NCBI GenBank assembly: GCA_029261475.1
Contig: JAJDBG010000043.1
Location: 1 to 60,034 of the forward strand
Length of the DNA: 60,034 nt
Direction: 5' to 3'
Source: Nitrospinaceae bacterium
GTDB lineage: Bacteria; Nitrospinota; Nitrospinia; Nitrospinales; VA-1
Shown here: in pieces, positions 30,797 through 40,666 of the stretch
Layout: every line of letters begins with the position of its first letter
How positions within the stretch are numbered: the stretch's first letter is position 1
Notes under the pieces: generated by a model
The model's database searches: none
Told to the model about the DNA's origin: nothing
Seen by the model: only the letters and a program-made list of their open reading frames with translations
Made by a program: the position numbers and the translations under genes

Positions 30797-33211
30797 TTAA
30801 AATGTTTCTTTTACTTCGAGAGAAGAATCGGAAGGCGGGTAGGTTTCCTGGAATCTTTTGATAGGGAAAATCTCCAGCTTGGATTTTTTGTCGTAGTAGG
30901 GGAGAGGTTCTCCATCTTCGGGATTGATTTTTGAAAATACAATTTGGTCTGTTTCTGGAAAGTTCAGGACAGGTTTTCCTTTTAAAGCGGCGGTCATGAA
31001 TTGCAACCAAACAGGAATAGCGGTCCGAGAACCTGTTTCATTGACGCCCATGGACGTGTCTTCGTCTTTTCCAACCCATACTCCTGTCAGAAGTTCGGGG
31101 GTATAGCCCATGAACCAGGCATCGACATAATTATTAGTGGTTCCCGTTTTGCCAGCGGCAGGTCGTTTTAGCACTTTGATTTTTTTTGCAGTTCCGTCTT
31201 GCACAACGCTTTGCAGAAGGCTGGTGATTGTGTAAGCAGTTGCTTCAGAAATCGGTTGGTCTATTTTGGGTTGGGCTGAATAAAGAATCTCCCCATTGCT
31301 ATTTTTGATGTGCCGGATGGCGGTAGGCTCGATGCGACTGCCTTTGTTGGAGAAGGCTGAATATGCGGATACGAGCTCTAAAAGGGTGACACCGGATGAC
31401 CCAAGGGCGATGGATAAATTATTTGCCAAATGTTGGGTGATGCCAAGATCTCGAGCGACTTGAATGGCTTTGGATATCCCTATTTGTTGTAGAATCTTCA
31501 CGGTGACAATATTTCGGGAGTGTGCCAGTGCCGTTCGCAAAGGCGTTGGACCGTAGAAAGTTTCTTCAAAATTGACAGGTTTCCATTTGTCGAAGGCATG
31601 ATCTTTTTCTTTAAATATGATTGGCGAATCGACGATGATGCTGGATGCGTTGTAACCTTCCTGCAAAGCGGCCGCATATATGATGGGTTTGAAGACCGAG
31701 CCTGGTTGGCGGACAGCTTGCACGGATCGGTTGAATTGGCTTTTTGAAAAATCGAAGCCACCGACCATGGCCTTGATGTGCCCGGTCTCTGGGGCCAGGC
31801 TGATAAGGGCACCTTCCACTTCGGGTTCTTGTTCAAGAGCGAGTGCCATTTTGAGGTCGGATGGGCGAGTCCCCAGTACTTTGAACAAAGCGCGATCCCC
31901 TGTGTTCAGGGCTTTGTCAACTCCGTTGATTCTGGCCCATCGACCATCGATTTTCGGGTTAGGATTTCTGGCCCAGTCCATATCCTTAAGCTCCAAGATA
32001 CCTTCCTGGGCTCCTGTTAAAATAAAAGCGGAGTTTTTGTCTCGCTCCATCACCATTCCCTGGATGATATCTCCTTCTTTTGGTCCTTCGTCTTCTTCCC
32101 AGCCATTGTACTTGCGCAATTGTGCTTGAAGTTGGTTGATCGACAGGGAAGGATTCATACGCCCGAGAGGGCCTCTATATCCGAATCGCTTATCTGTGAT
32201 GCGTAAATTTTCCTGGATTGCTTTCTGGGCTTCTTCCTGAAGTGTGATGTCGAGTGTGGAGTAGACCATGAGACCACTGTGATACAGTTTTTTAGCCCCA
32301 TATTTTTCGATCAGAAATTGCCGGATGTGTTCAACGAAATAGGGGGCGCGGTTCAACATTCCCGTCACTTCACCGAGTTGGAAGTCGGACTGAAGGGCTT
32401 CTTTTTCTTCTGATGTTTTGATGAAATTCAAATGGGCCATTCGGCGAATAACATGGTCGCGTCTTTTTCTGGCTTTTTTAGGGTATCTGTATGGAGAGTA
32501 GTTGTTAGGTGCTTTGGGCAAACTTGCGATCATAGCGCATTCGGCTATCGTTAAGTCCTTTACGGTTTTGCCAAAGTAGGTTCGAGCGGCGGCTTCTACG
32601 CCGTAGGCTCCGTGACCATAATAGATCTGGTTCAGGTACATCTCAAGAATCTGGTCTTTGGAAAAGATCAGCTCTATGCGAAGAGCCAGAATGGCTTCTT
32701 TGATTTTTCGGACAAGAGTTCTATCGCTTGTGAGCAAAAGAGTTTTGGTCAATTGCTGGGTGATGGTGCTTCCGCCTTCGACGACGCGACCGGCTTGAAA
32801 ATTGGTCCGCATGGCTCTCAGGATAGCCTTGGGATCGATTCCAAAATGGTAATAGAAATTGGAGTCCTCAACGGCAAGGGTGGCCTGCTTCAAACGTAAC
32901 GGAATATCCTCCATGGGGACAAGGATTCTTTTTTCGACATAAAATTCTGCAATAAGCTCATCTGTGTTAGAAAAAACGCGGGTGATTAGACTGGGGCTAA
33001 AATCTTTTAGAACTCGAACATCGGGTAAGTCTTTCGAATATTTGAAATAGACGTAACCTGCCCCTACAGCTCCAAAAATGATAACGAGAAGAAACATTGC
33101 AAACCCGACAAGCATCAGGGTTTTAAAGAATCCAGACGATTTCTTTATAGGTTTTTTTGTTTTGCGTTTTTTCTTTTTCGCAGGTTGCTGACCAATCAGT
33201 ATTTTCGTCAT
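30797..33211 (-). CDS. mrcA: Penicillin-binding protein 1A
   Basis: TM helix; transglycosylase motifs EDSNFYYHFG, GGSTITQQL, RKIKE, YLNQIYYG; OB insert; transpeptidase motifs SVFK, SRN, KTG. Confidence 0.93.
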   Translation of the reverse strand: MTKILIGQQPAKKKKRKTKKPIKKSSGFFKTLMLVGFAMFLLVIIFGAVGAGYVYFKYSKDLPDVRVLKDFSPSLITRVFSNTDELIAEFYVEKRILVPMEDIPLRLKQATLAVEDSNFYYHFGIDPKAILRAMRTNFQAGRVVEGGSTITQQLTKTLLLTSDRTLVRKIKEAILALRIELIFSKDQILEMYLNQIYYGHGAYGVEAAARTYFGKTVKDLTIAECAMIASLPKAPNNYSPYRYPKKARKRRDHVIRRMAHLNFIKTSEEKEALQSDFQLGEVTGMLNRAPYFVEHIRQFLIEKYGAKKLYHSGLMVYSTLDITLQEEAQKAIQENLRITDKRFGYRGPLGRMNPSLSINQLQAQLRKYNGWEEDEGPKEGDIIQGMVMERDKNSAFILTGAQEGILELKDMDWARNPNPKIDGRWARINGVDKALNTGDRALFKVLGTRPSDLKMALALEQEPEVEGALISLAPETGHIKAMVGGFDFSKSQFNRSVQAVRQPGSVFKPIIYAAALQEGYNASSIIVDSPIIFKEKDHAFDKWKPVNFEETFYGPTPLRTALAHSRNIVTVKILQQIGISKAIQVARDLGITQHLANNLSIALGSSGVTLLELVSAYSAFSNKGSRIEPTAIRHIKNSNGEILYSAQPKIDQPISEATAYTITSLLQSVVQDGTAKKIKVLKRPAAGKTGTTNNYVDAWFMGYTPELLTGVWVGKDEDTSMGVNETGSRTAIPVWLQFMTAALKGKPVLNFPETDQIVFSKINPEDGEPLPYYDKKSKLEIFPIKRFQETYPPSDSSLEVKETF

Positions 33212-33295
33212 TTCTGTTTGAGGAATTTAAGAAGGCGAGGAAAGGGCTTCAAGAGGATGTATTATTGTGGACCAAAAAGAAGTTTGAAAGTTGAC

Positions 33296-33727
33296 TCAAT
33301 GGCCTTCTTCGAGGTCGATTAGGCCTGCCCAAGTGGTGATATCAGTGCGAAGAGGATCTATTCTATTGCGAATTTCCATAAAGTATTCCAGCCGGTCTTC
33401 ATTGTCAGGCTTTCTACCAAGGATTTTCCAATTGACAAACTCTATGTCTCTTGGGGAGCAATGATTGGTTTTTCCACTGATCCAGAGCGTGATTTCTTCT
33501 TCAGTCAGGTTCACTGCTTTTTCTGCGAATTCTATAGCGTTGGTTTGGATGAAACTGAGAATGATTTTGTCCAGTGGACATGGGTAGATATACTCGCCCA
33601 AAGTACTTTCTTTTAAAGCCCTTGCTTTATCTATCATACGTGGCAAATGCACGATTCCACATAGCTTTTCCTTGGGGCTCCGAGGAACCTCCTGTGTCAA
33701 ATCCAATGTGGTGTGCGATACGGTCAT
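33296..33727 (-). CDS. DUF5069 family protein
   Basis: PRSPKEKLCGIVHLPRMIDKARA, GEYIYPCPLD, TWAGLIDLEEG. Confidence 0.75.
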   Translation of the reverse strand: MTVSHTTLDLTQEVPRSPKEKLCGIVHLPRMIDKARALKESTLGEYIYPCPLDKIILSFIQTNAIEFAEKAVNLTEEEITLWISGKTNHCSPRDIEFVNWKILGRKPDNEDRLEYFMEIRNRIDPLRTDITTWAGLIDLEEGH

Positions 33728-33731
33728 GCGC

Positions 33732-34214
33732 TCAGTCCAGTCGCAGGCGATTCAAACGGGAAAAGTTTTTAGATGTTTTAATGGCTTTAGCACCTTCATC
33801 GCCAATACGGTTTCGGAATAAGTCCAAAGTTGATAGTTGCCCGAGATACTCTGATTCGGCCAAGGCTTTGGCACCTTCCTCTCCAACTTTGTTGAATTTT
33901 AATATGAGCTGATCGAGATTCATCAAATCCTTGCAATTAGCGATGATTTTGGCCCCGGCCGGGGTGATGTCATTCGACTTTAAATTCAGCGTCCTTACCT
34001 TATGGAGGTGAGGCGAGTCGCAAATTATTTTTACGCCCTCGTCGGTGATTTTATTGTTGCCCAGCTCCAGCCGAGTGATTTCAGCCATTAATTCCAGCTG
34101 AAAAAGGTTTTTGATCCCATCGTCATCGATTTCTTTTTCTTCTAAATTGAGCGTTCCTACGCCCTCAATATGCTTACGGGCAAAGGCTTCCCAATCGTCG
34201 GGTCGATTTTCCAT
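33732..34214 (-). CDS. Short leucine-rich-repeat protein (RI-like 28-aa repeats)
   Basis: LELGNNKITDEGVKII, LNLKSNDITPAGAKII, LILKFNKVGEEGAKAL, LDLFRNRIGDEGAKAI. Confidence 0.88.
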   Translation of the reverse strand: MENRPDDWEAFARKHIEGVGTLNLEEKEIDDDGIKNLFQLELMAEITRLELGNNKITDEGVKIICDSPHLHKVRTLNLKSNDITPAGAKIIANCKDLMNLDQLILKFNKVGEEGAKALAESEYLGQLSTLDLFRNRIGDEGAKAIKTSKNFSRLNRLRLD

Positions 34215-34265
34215 TTATATCGGTCTTAAAGTTTGAATTAAAAATTAAAATTACAACTATCCTCC

Positions 34266-34294
34266 ATACTAGAGGCTTTTTTTTTCAAGGTCAA
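34266..34294 (-). promoter_or_regulatory. sigma70-type promoter for the LRR-DUF5069 genes
   Basis: Minus strand TTGACC-17 bp-TAGTAT. Confidence 0.5.
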
Positions 34295-34543
34295 TCCCGC
34301 AGGCAATATAAATTTCTATAGAACGGCGTTTATTTTTAGGCGGTTTAGAGGTTTTATCAGGTTTTCAATATTGCGCTGGCTGATGATCTGTGTGTTTGGA
34401 AGACAGTGCTTTACAATCCTATAGTTTTATTGAAATTTTTTTATCATCAATGAGGAATAATTTTTGTTTCCAAATGCCTAAAGGAAGTGATAGCTTAAAA
34501 AAAGGCAGCGTTATACTATTTTCTAAATTTTCGGGAGGAAATC

Positions 34544-34903
34544 ATGAAGAAAATGAGTTTTTTGTTAATTGCAGTTTTTGTCCTAGTTTTTCCATTGTCT
34601 GCAATGGCTAATGAAAGCCCTATGCATTTGCCGGAAGGCTCGGATAAAGGTGCAAATATGCACAATGAAGCCGGCATCAAACATTGGGGTATGGGGCATG
34701 CAGAGGAAGCGTTGAAACATTTTAAGGAAGCGGCTGCGGCCGATCCTAGCATTGCTGAAATACATTTCAATGAAGCACTGGCTCTGGATAAATTAGGAAA
34801 CCATGGTGCGGCAACGAAACATTTCCAGAAGGCTAAAGATAAAGCACATGGAAATGACAAAATCCTTAAATCGCCGATTTTAAATGGGCACATCGGACAT
34901 TGA
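34544..34903 (+). CDS. Small exported TPR protein
   Basis: GGAGG RBS, signal peptide ending AMA, HNEAGIKHW..EALKHF..AEIHFNEALALDKLG. Confidence 0.8.
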   Translation: MKKMSFLLIAVFVLVFPLSAMANESPMHLPEGSDKGANMHNEAGIKHWGMGHAEEALKHFKEAAAADPSIAEIHFNEALALDKLGNHGAATKHFQKAKDKAHGNDKILKSPILNGHIGH

Positions 34904-34958
34904 TAAAAAGCTTTAATGCTTTGGATTTGATTTAGGGTTTTCTTTTCTATACTTACTT

Positions 34959-34995
34959 ACGGGGGAAGCGGTTTTCTTGCTTCCCCCGTTTTTTT
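34959..34995 (+). terminator. Intrinsic terminator
   Basis: ACGGGGGAAGC/GCTTCCCCCGT stem followed by a T-run. Confidence 0.85.
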
Positions 34996-35111
34996 GATCC
35001 TTTTTCAAGAGCCTTTTATTGGTGAAGAATAATTGCGGCGATCCAATTCGGTTTTTCTGTTACAATGTGCGTCATAGGTCATTAAAAAAAACATGAAGGG
35101 AGATTAATATC

Positions 35112-35510
35112 ATGATGGGAATTGGCTTTCCTGAGTTGATGGTTATTTTGATCATTATTATGATTATTTTTGGAGCAGGTAAACTTCCTGAAATAGGGAG
35201 TGCTTTTGGTAGGAGTATCAAAAACTTTAAATCATCCATGAAAGAAGCTGAGGCAATGGACGAAGCAGACGAGCAATCTTCAGAGGAAGCTCAGGACAGT
35301 CCGGCTCCAGCAAACACAGCTCAAGCGGCGAAGAAGAAAGAAGAAGAAATCATCGACGAAGCAGCTCTTGAGATCGAGGAGAACAGGATCGATCCCATTC
35401 GTACTGCTCACGATGGTTTGGTACAGCAGGGAGATGTTTTTACGGATTCACTTCGCTCTACGCCAGGTGGACGCGGTCGAGATCGTGGAATTTCCAGGGA
35501 TGTGTTTTAG
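35112..35510 (+). CDS. tatA: Twin-arginine translocase TatA/E subunit
   Basis: GIGFPELMVILIIIMIIFGAGKLPEIGSAFGRSIKNFK. Confidence 0.9.
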   Translation: MMGIGFPELMVILIIIMIIFGAGKLPEIGSAFGRSIKNFKSSMKEAEAMDEADEQSSEEAQDSPAPANTAQAAKKKEEEIIDEAALEIEENRIDPIRTAHDGLVQQGDVFTDSLRSTPGGRGRDRGISRDVF

Positions 35511-35566
35511 GCTTTTGCATCGCTTTGGCAATACTTTCGACTTGCCTGGATCAAGGCAAGAGGCGG

Positions 35567-36832
35567 TTAGACCTTGATACCGTCGCTGGACACAGCCGAA
35601 AGTTCGCTCTCACGTGAAACCAGTTCCACTTTTTTCTGTGGACCGACTGCGAGGACTGATCGACCTGCAAGAATGTTAAGCAGTGTTTCACCGATACATT
35701 CTCTACGCCAGCTTTGAAACAGGAAATGATTTTCAAGGTTTTCGTCACGATCGTAGCATTTGACGAAGTCATGAATTTGCTTGCGATCGGCCAATACATT
35801 GGGTTCGATTCTTAGCTCTTCTGAACGAATTTGTACGCCTGCGGCGAGTAGCTCCTCGACTCCTTTTGGGGCAGAGTAGCTGTCTGTGCTGGGTAGTTGA
35901 GGACACTGATCTTCGGGACAATTCATCCCATTCTCAATCAATTTAAGCAAAGCCTTTCCACTTCTAGACACTTCTTTGTGGTGAAACCCTCGTTGGGACC
36001 GCAGTCCTTCCATGTCGGTGGGTGCCGACCGGGCAACTTCAAGCAGGGTTTCGTCTCGAATGATGGATTTTGGAAGGGTGTCTCTTGTTTGTGCTTCCAA
36101 TTCTCTCCACGCAGTGAGTTCTCTCAGAACTGCTAGTTGCTTGGGTTTTAGAGAACGAATGTTTTTCAATTTCATAAACTGTTTTTGAGGATCATTGAGT
36201 TGAAATGATTTTGGATCCTCAAGATGCAACATCTCGCCTCGTACCCAATTTTCACGATTTAGTTTTTTCACGACTGAACTCAATTTCCAGAAAACAGGTG
36301 TCAGATAACGTACATCGTCCAGCGCGTATTCGATTTGCCCGGTGCTCAAGGGGCGACGGCACCAGTCTGTATAACGGTGAGCCTTGCAGATGTGTTTTTT
36401 AGATACTTTTTGGACGATCTTGGCGAAGGATATTTGGGCACCCCAGCCTACAAGTGATGCTGCAATTTGGGTATCGAAAATGGGACCAATGGCTTCGCCG
36501 CAAAGCCGATAGAAAATTTCAAGATCTTGTTTTGCGGCATGAAAAACCTTTAGTATTTCCGGTTTTTTAATGATTTCGAGGAAGGGGGTCAAGTCGGGAA
36601 CAGCAATAGGATCAATTGCCGCACAGACGCTATCACTTGCGACCTGAATCAAGCCCAAGCGGTGAAAATAGGTTCTTTCTCGTACAAATTCAGTGTCTAT
36701 GGTAAGCATTTCAGAGTCTTGAATTTTTTCGCAAAATTCAAGTAGTTGCTCTTCATTCTCAATATACATTGACTGATCGGCGTTTAAAACGCTTCCATTT
36801 CCTGAAGAGCCTGTTGAATGCAAATCGCTCAC
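35567..36832 (-). CDS. rnd: Ribonuclease D
   Basis: IDTEFVRERTY, KVFHAAKQDLE, FDTQIAA, TDWCRRPLS..QIEYALDDV, HRDC region. Confidence 0.93.
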   Translation of the reverse strand: MSDLHSTGSSGNGSVLNADQSMYIENEEQLLEFCEKIQDSEMLTIDTEFVRERTYFHRLGLIQVASDSVCAAIDPIAVPDLTPFLEIIKKPEILKVFHAAKQDLEIFYRLCGEAIGPIFDTQIAASLVGWGAQISFAKIVQKVSKKHICKAHRYTDWCRRPLSTGQIEYALDDVRYLTPVFWKLSSVVKKLNRENWVRGEMLHLEDPKSFQLNDPQKQFMKLKNIRSLKPKQLAVLRELTAWRELEAQTRDTLPKSIIRDETLLEVARSAPTDMEGLRSQRGFHHKEVSRSGKALLKLIENGMNCPEDQCPQLPSTDSYSAPKGVEELLAAGVQIRSEELRIEPNVLADRKQIHDFVKCYDRDENLENHFLFQSWRRECIGETLLNILAGRSVLAVGPQKKVELVSRESELSAVSSDGIKV

Positions 36833-36866
36833 CCTTTAAATGTGCTACACATTGCTGCATGACACG

Positions 36867-36920
36867 AAAAAAAATGGGCGGGCGTAGACTCAGTAAATAC
36901 CGAGCTTTCGCTCCGCCCGT
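36867..36920 (-). terminator. Long hairpin plus U-tract downstream of the 36942-37148 gene
   Basis: Minus strand CGGGCGGAGCG...CTCGGT-ATTT-ACTGAG...CGCCCGCCCA-TTTTTTTT. Confidence 0.65.
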
Positions 36921-36941
36921 AATAAAAATCAGATTGAAACA

Positions 36942-37148
36942 TTATAAAGCAAACTCGTCCATCTGGATGCCTTTTTGCTTGGCCTCTTTATCAGGACTTT
37001 CTTCCCAACTCCCTGCCGGAGGAGCGGTATCGAAATAATCTACTCCGCTGACAGCATCCTCACGCCAAAACCGCGTACTTAGTTTTTGGGGAGAGACCAC
37101 CTTTTTCAAATCGCCTTTGGAATCAAAAACCTTGACTTCAAAAAACAT
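36942..37148 (-). CDS. Small hypothetical protein
   Basis: GGAGG RBS before ATG, its own downstream terminator, MFFEVKVFDSKGDLKKVVSPQKLSTRFW. Confidence 0.7.
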   Translation of the reverse strand: MFFEVKVFDSKGDLKKVVSPQKLSTRFWREDAVSGVDYFDTAPPAGSWEESPDKEAKQKGIQMDEFAL

Positions 37149-37572
37149 ACGACCCTCCTGTTTACGTAAAGTTTAAACTCTGCCAGTAGACTATCCTGGC
37201 TCAAATAATTAAAAACTACTTTATAAAACAACAACTTAATAAATATTCGCATTCACAATAAATCCAAAATATTGCAATGTCAAGACAATAAGGTCAATAA
37301 AATCAATAGTTAAGCTAATTTATTTTTATCTCCAGGGTGATGAAATGCGAACTGGAATGCAATTGGAATAGGGCTATTTGCTTAAAGTTTGGATGATTTG
37401 TTATTTTGTAAATATACTTATTTATTGCATAAATGTTTATTTGTGTTTTATGGTGTGTTGGGTGGAGTTTGTCGTATTCTGGTTGACTTTTGCTGGTATA
37501 TAATCTATCTTTAGTAACTATTATTTTTTTCATTTTGGGTCGTTAAACCCTCCTCGGGTCGATACCGATAAC

Positions 37573-38289
37573 ATGAAAATTCTGGGAATCGATTCATCTA
37601 CGCCGCAAGCTAGCGTTGCTTTACTCGAAGACGGCGTTCTTTTGTCTGAAGCCACTCATACCCGTTCAAAAAAATTCTCCGATAAAATTTTGCTGATGAC
37701 TGATGAAGTTTTTCAAACAGCAAAGATCGATATCCATGATATTGATGGTTTCTGTGTGACGTCGGGGCCCGGTTCTTTCACAGGCCTTCGGGTGGGAGTT
37801 AGTTTGATTAAGGGTTTTGTATTGGCAACAGAAAAGCCTTATTGGGGAATTGATACACTTTCTGCGATGGCTTTTTCTTTGGGCAAGGTCTCAATGCCAA
37901 TATGTGCTGTTTTGGATGCTAGGAAACAGCAGGTTTACACAGCATTATTTCAGTGGGAAGGGGAAGATTTTAAGCGATTGTCTCCCGACGAAGCTTTGAG
38001 TCCCGAAGAACTTTGTTTGCGCATCACTCAGCCAACTGTATTTACAGGAGGCGGGTTGCAGGTATACGGTGATTTATTTTCAGAAAACCTGGGTGCCCTT
38101 TATATTGAAGGGGAAGAATCTCAATACTCAGTCGCAGAGTCTGCGGTACGGTTTTCTCAGAGGTCCGAAAATATCAATAATAATTCGTTTGATTTAAATA
38201 ATTTAACAATACAATACGCACGGAAGGCTGAAGCAGAATTTAAGCTATGCGCTGCACTTGAACAGGAGAAAATAGACAATGGACATTAA
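37573..38289 (+). CDS. tsaB: tRNA threonylcarbamoyladenosine biosynthesis protein TsaB
   Basis: MKILGIDSS, SGPGSFTGLRVG, VLDARKQQVY. Confidence 0.93.
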   Translation: MKILGIDSSTPQASVALLEDGVLLSEATHTRSKKFSDKILLMTDEVFQTAKIDIHDIDGFCVTSGPGSFTGLRVGVSLIKGFVLATEKPYWGIDTLSAMAFSLGKVSMPICAVLDARKQQVYTALFQWEGEDFKRLSPDEALSPEELCLRITQPTVFTGGGLQVYGDLFSENLGALYIEGEESQYSVAESAVRFSQRSENINNNSFDLNNLTIQYARKAEAEFKLCAALEQEKIDNGH

Positions 38290-38506
38290 CGAAGATTTGC
38301 TTGCAAAACTCAGAAATGATAATCATGAATTCAAGAAACTCCATGACCAGCATTCTGTATTGAAGTTGAGAGTTGAAGAACTGAGTAAACTCAAATTCAT
38401 ATCCGCCGAACAAGAAGTTGAAAAAAAGAAGCACCAAAAAGAAAAGCTCATATTGAAAGATCGAATGGGAGAGATTGTCACTCAGTACGAAGCCAATTCG
38501 AATTAA
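38279..38506 (+). CDS. DUF465 / YdcH family protein
   Basis: EFKKLHDQH..L..........EVEKKK..KEKLILKD. Confidence 0.8.
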   Translation: MDINEDLLAKLRNDNHEFKKLHDQHSVLKLRVEELSKLKFISAEQEVEKKKHQKEKLILKDRMGEIVTQYEANSN

Positions 38507-38534
38507 GATCAGCTAATTTTCAGGATAATATTCT

Positions 38535-38569
38535 TAGAGTGCCTCTCTAAATAAGAGGCCTCTATTTTT
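38535..38569 (+). terminator. Intrinsic terminator
   Basis: TAGAG-t-GCCTCT/AGAGGC-CTCTA stem followed by TTTTT. Confidence 0.6.
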
Positions 38570-38619
38570 CCGAATGATCTGGATCATTGACCCCCTGTTT
38601 TTAGTGGGATGTTGTTCAG

Positions 38620-39273
38620 TCATTTTTGCAAATTTTTAAACCATACTTTGAATTGCTCGGTTTCTCTAAGGGGGGCCAAGTCGGGGTCGCTGGAAATGGT
38701 TTCAACGTTTGGTAATCCCAGTCGCATAGATTGTTTAAGGGCTGACAGGCTGACTTCCATTTTCCCTGAAAGTGCATAGAGGCAAGCATAATTATATTGC
38801 AAATGCGGATTGTCTGGTTCTTGGGTTTCCAGAGCTTTCAGGGTATTTTCGGCTGATTCAAAATTTTTGAGTTTCAAGTAGGCCGAACTCAGGTTGATAT
38901 GGGCTGAGGCCAGTTTGGGGTGATGCCTGAGTGCTCTTTTGTATTTTACGATTGCTTGCTCGGCTTTTCCTTGAGCCAGTAGTTTGTTCCCTTCGTTGTA
39001 ATGAAAGATCCCCATCCTGCGTTGATTTTCGGGATCGGAGTGGTCTATTTCTTTAGGATCATGCTCCTCATGGTCACCACCACTTCCCTCTTGTTGATGA
39101 CTTCCTTCCTCTTTGTGGTTGCTTCCCTCAGCCTGATTTTTACTTTGTTGAACAGGGGCCGGGGTGCTTTTCTCCTCCTGTGTGGGACGGAGTTGATCTG
39201 CAACTATTAAAACTCCTCCACAAATTATGAGTAGTGCGACGCGCAGTTTCTTTGATTTATTCATTGCTTGCAT
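38620..39273 (-). CDS. Membrane-anchored TPR protein with a His/EGS-rich linker
   Basis: N-terminal TM helix, AEGSNHKEEGSHQQEGS, TPRs, YNYACLYAL...DPDLAPLR C-terminal motif. Confidence 0.8.
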   Translation of the reverse strand: MQAMNKSKKLRVALLIICGGVLIVADQLRPTQEEKSTPAPVQQSKNQAEGSNHKEEGSHQQEGSGGDHEEHDPKEIDHSDPENQRRMGIFHYNEGNKLLAQGKAEQAIVKYKRALRHHPKLASAHINLSSAYLKLKNFESAENTLKALETQEPDNPHLQYNYACLYALSGKMEVSLSALKQSMRLGLPNVETISSDPDLAPLRETEQFKVWFKNLQK

Positions 39274-40666
39274 GATGGATGGCTTCTGACGGTGAGTGGA
39301 TGTTTGGCACAGTGTCGATATTAGCTCCCAGAGAGCCTAAATTGTATATTTTTGCCTCTGGGTGAGTGCGGATGATACTTTCGAGTGCCCGCAAGTAACC
39401 ATACATAGCCTGATTTGTGAGGATATCTCGCCCTTGTGTTCCCGCAACGGGAATGGATTTAGTTTTAGCGGTTTTCATTTCATGTTCCTTACCATAGACA
39501 TTGTTGGCGGAGAAACGGTCCATTGCATTCATAGATTGACGGGCATTGCGGGCATAAGTACGGCCTCCAGAAAAGGCGCAATCTTGTCCTACCAGAAGAA
39601 TAGGGCCGCAGGCAAACTGGATCAGGCAATCGAGTGCAAAACAGGCAACGGAACCGCCCGATTGCGTGTATCCTTTTTCCGAGCCTAGGGGATCGTTTTT
39701 AAAAAGAGAATGGCCTTGCTGGATGGCTACAAACTTTTTCTTTGGTGCCTTGGACAGAATATGCGGGTGGGCCGTTGGTGTGAAGATGAGTGCTCCGGTT
39801 TGTTTCGACAGATCGCTGAAATGTTTGCAGTTTTCTGTCTGTGGATCGAGAGTGAAAATATAATCGGGATCGATGCCGGCTTGTATCAAAATAGGCAATG
39901 CGGTATCGACGCAGGCAATCAAGGCCTTTTTCTGCAAGGACTTTAAATATGGAAAGACACCGTCTAGCGAGGGGCCTGCACTTATCAAAAGGGCGGGCTG
40001 GCCTGCGTGTGCATTCATCAGTGTTTTGATTCCTGGTGTTTTGTAAACGGTTTCTTTGTTTCTGTCAAAATTGAGTTTTTCCTGTCCTCCCAGAACAGCG
40101 GGAAAGCGTCTCTCGATCAATAGCACTTCCAGCGCGTTACTCAGCTTTGGAAAATGTTTAGGAATGCATTTGAAGGAGGGGGAGTGAAACAGAATTTCCA
40201 GCGATTCAGAGGATTGCTCTGTGAGCTGTTGCATTTTCTGCGAAATTTGATCTGCAGCGGTGGATTCATTCTCGGAGAAAATCAGCTGAAAACGGGGGTC
40301 TTCGAAAATTTTAGACAAGTCGTTCAGACTAAAGGCCGCTGACAATATGTCGGGATTCAGCTCAATGACGAGTAAGGAGCCCTTGGGACCTATTTTTTCA
40401 AGCAGGGGACCAAGGTGGTAGCCCAGTCCCATTCCATACAGGCAAACGCTTGCACCCGGTTCGATATTCCTGGCAAATTTTTCTCCTTCTTTTTGTGGAT
40501 CGTAAGAACTATGGATCGAGATGCCATTGCATCGAAGAGTGATTTGACCATTTTGTGCCGGGAATGCTTCGATTTCTTCCGAAAAAGGGCGCGGTGAAAA
40601 AAGGTCTTTAGAGTGTGAATTTCTCTCCAGTGCGGAGATATTCTTGTCAAAATAGTTGGGACTCAA
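39257..40666 (-). CDS. Motility-associated factor (Maf/DUF115, MptE-like) glycosyltransferase
   Basis: HSSYDP, YGMGLGY, ISAGPSLD, ACVDTA, DYIFTLDP, GGSVA, ILLVGQDCAF. Confidence 0.85.
   Translation of the reverse strand: MSPNYFDKNISALERNSHSKDLFSPRPFSEEIEAFPAQNGQITLRCNGISIHSSYDPQKEGEKFARNIEPGASVCLYGMGLGYHLGPLLEKIGPKGSLLVIELNPDILSAAFSLNDLSKIFEDPRFQLIFSENESTAADQISQKMQQLTEQSSESLEILFHSPSFKCIPKHFPKLSNALEVLLIERRFPAVLGGQEKLNFDRNKETVYKTPGIKTLMNAHAGQPALLISAGPSLDGVFPYLKSLQKKALIACVDTALPILIQAGIDPDYIFTLDPQTENCKHFSDLSKQTGALIFTPTAHPHILSKAPKKKFVAIQQGHSLFKNDPLGSEKGYTQSGGSVACFALDCLIQFACGPILLVGQDCAFSGGRTYARNARQSMNAMDRFSANNVYGKEHEMKTAKTKSIPVAGTQGRDILTNQAMYGYLRALESIIRTHPEAKIYNLGSLGANIDTVPNIHSPSEAIHHASNE

Noticed and set aside
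37315-37533. 72-aa ORF in an AT-rich intergenic region
   Set aside because: The I/K/N-rich composition reflects AT-rich promoter DNA; no RBS or motif
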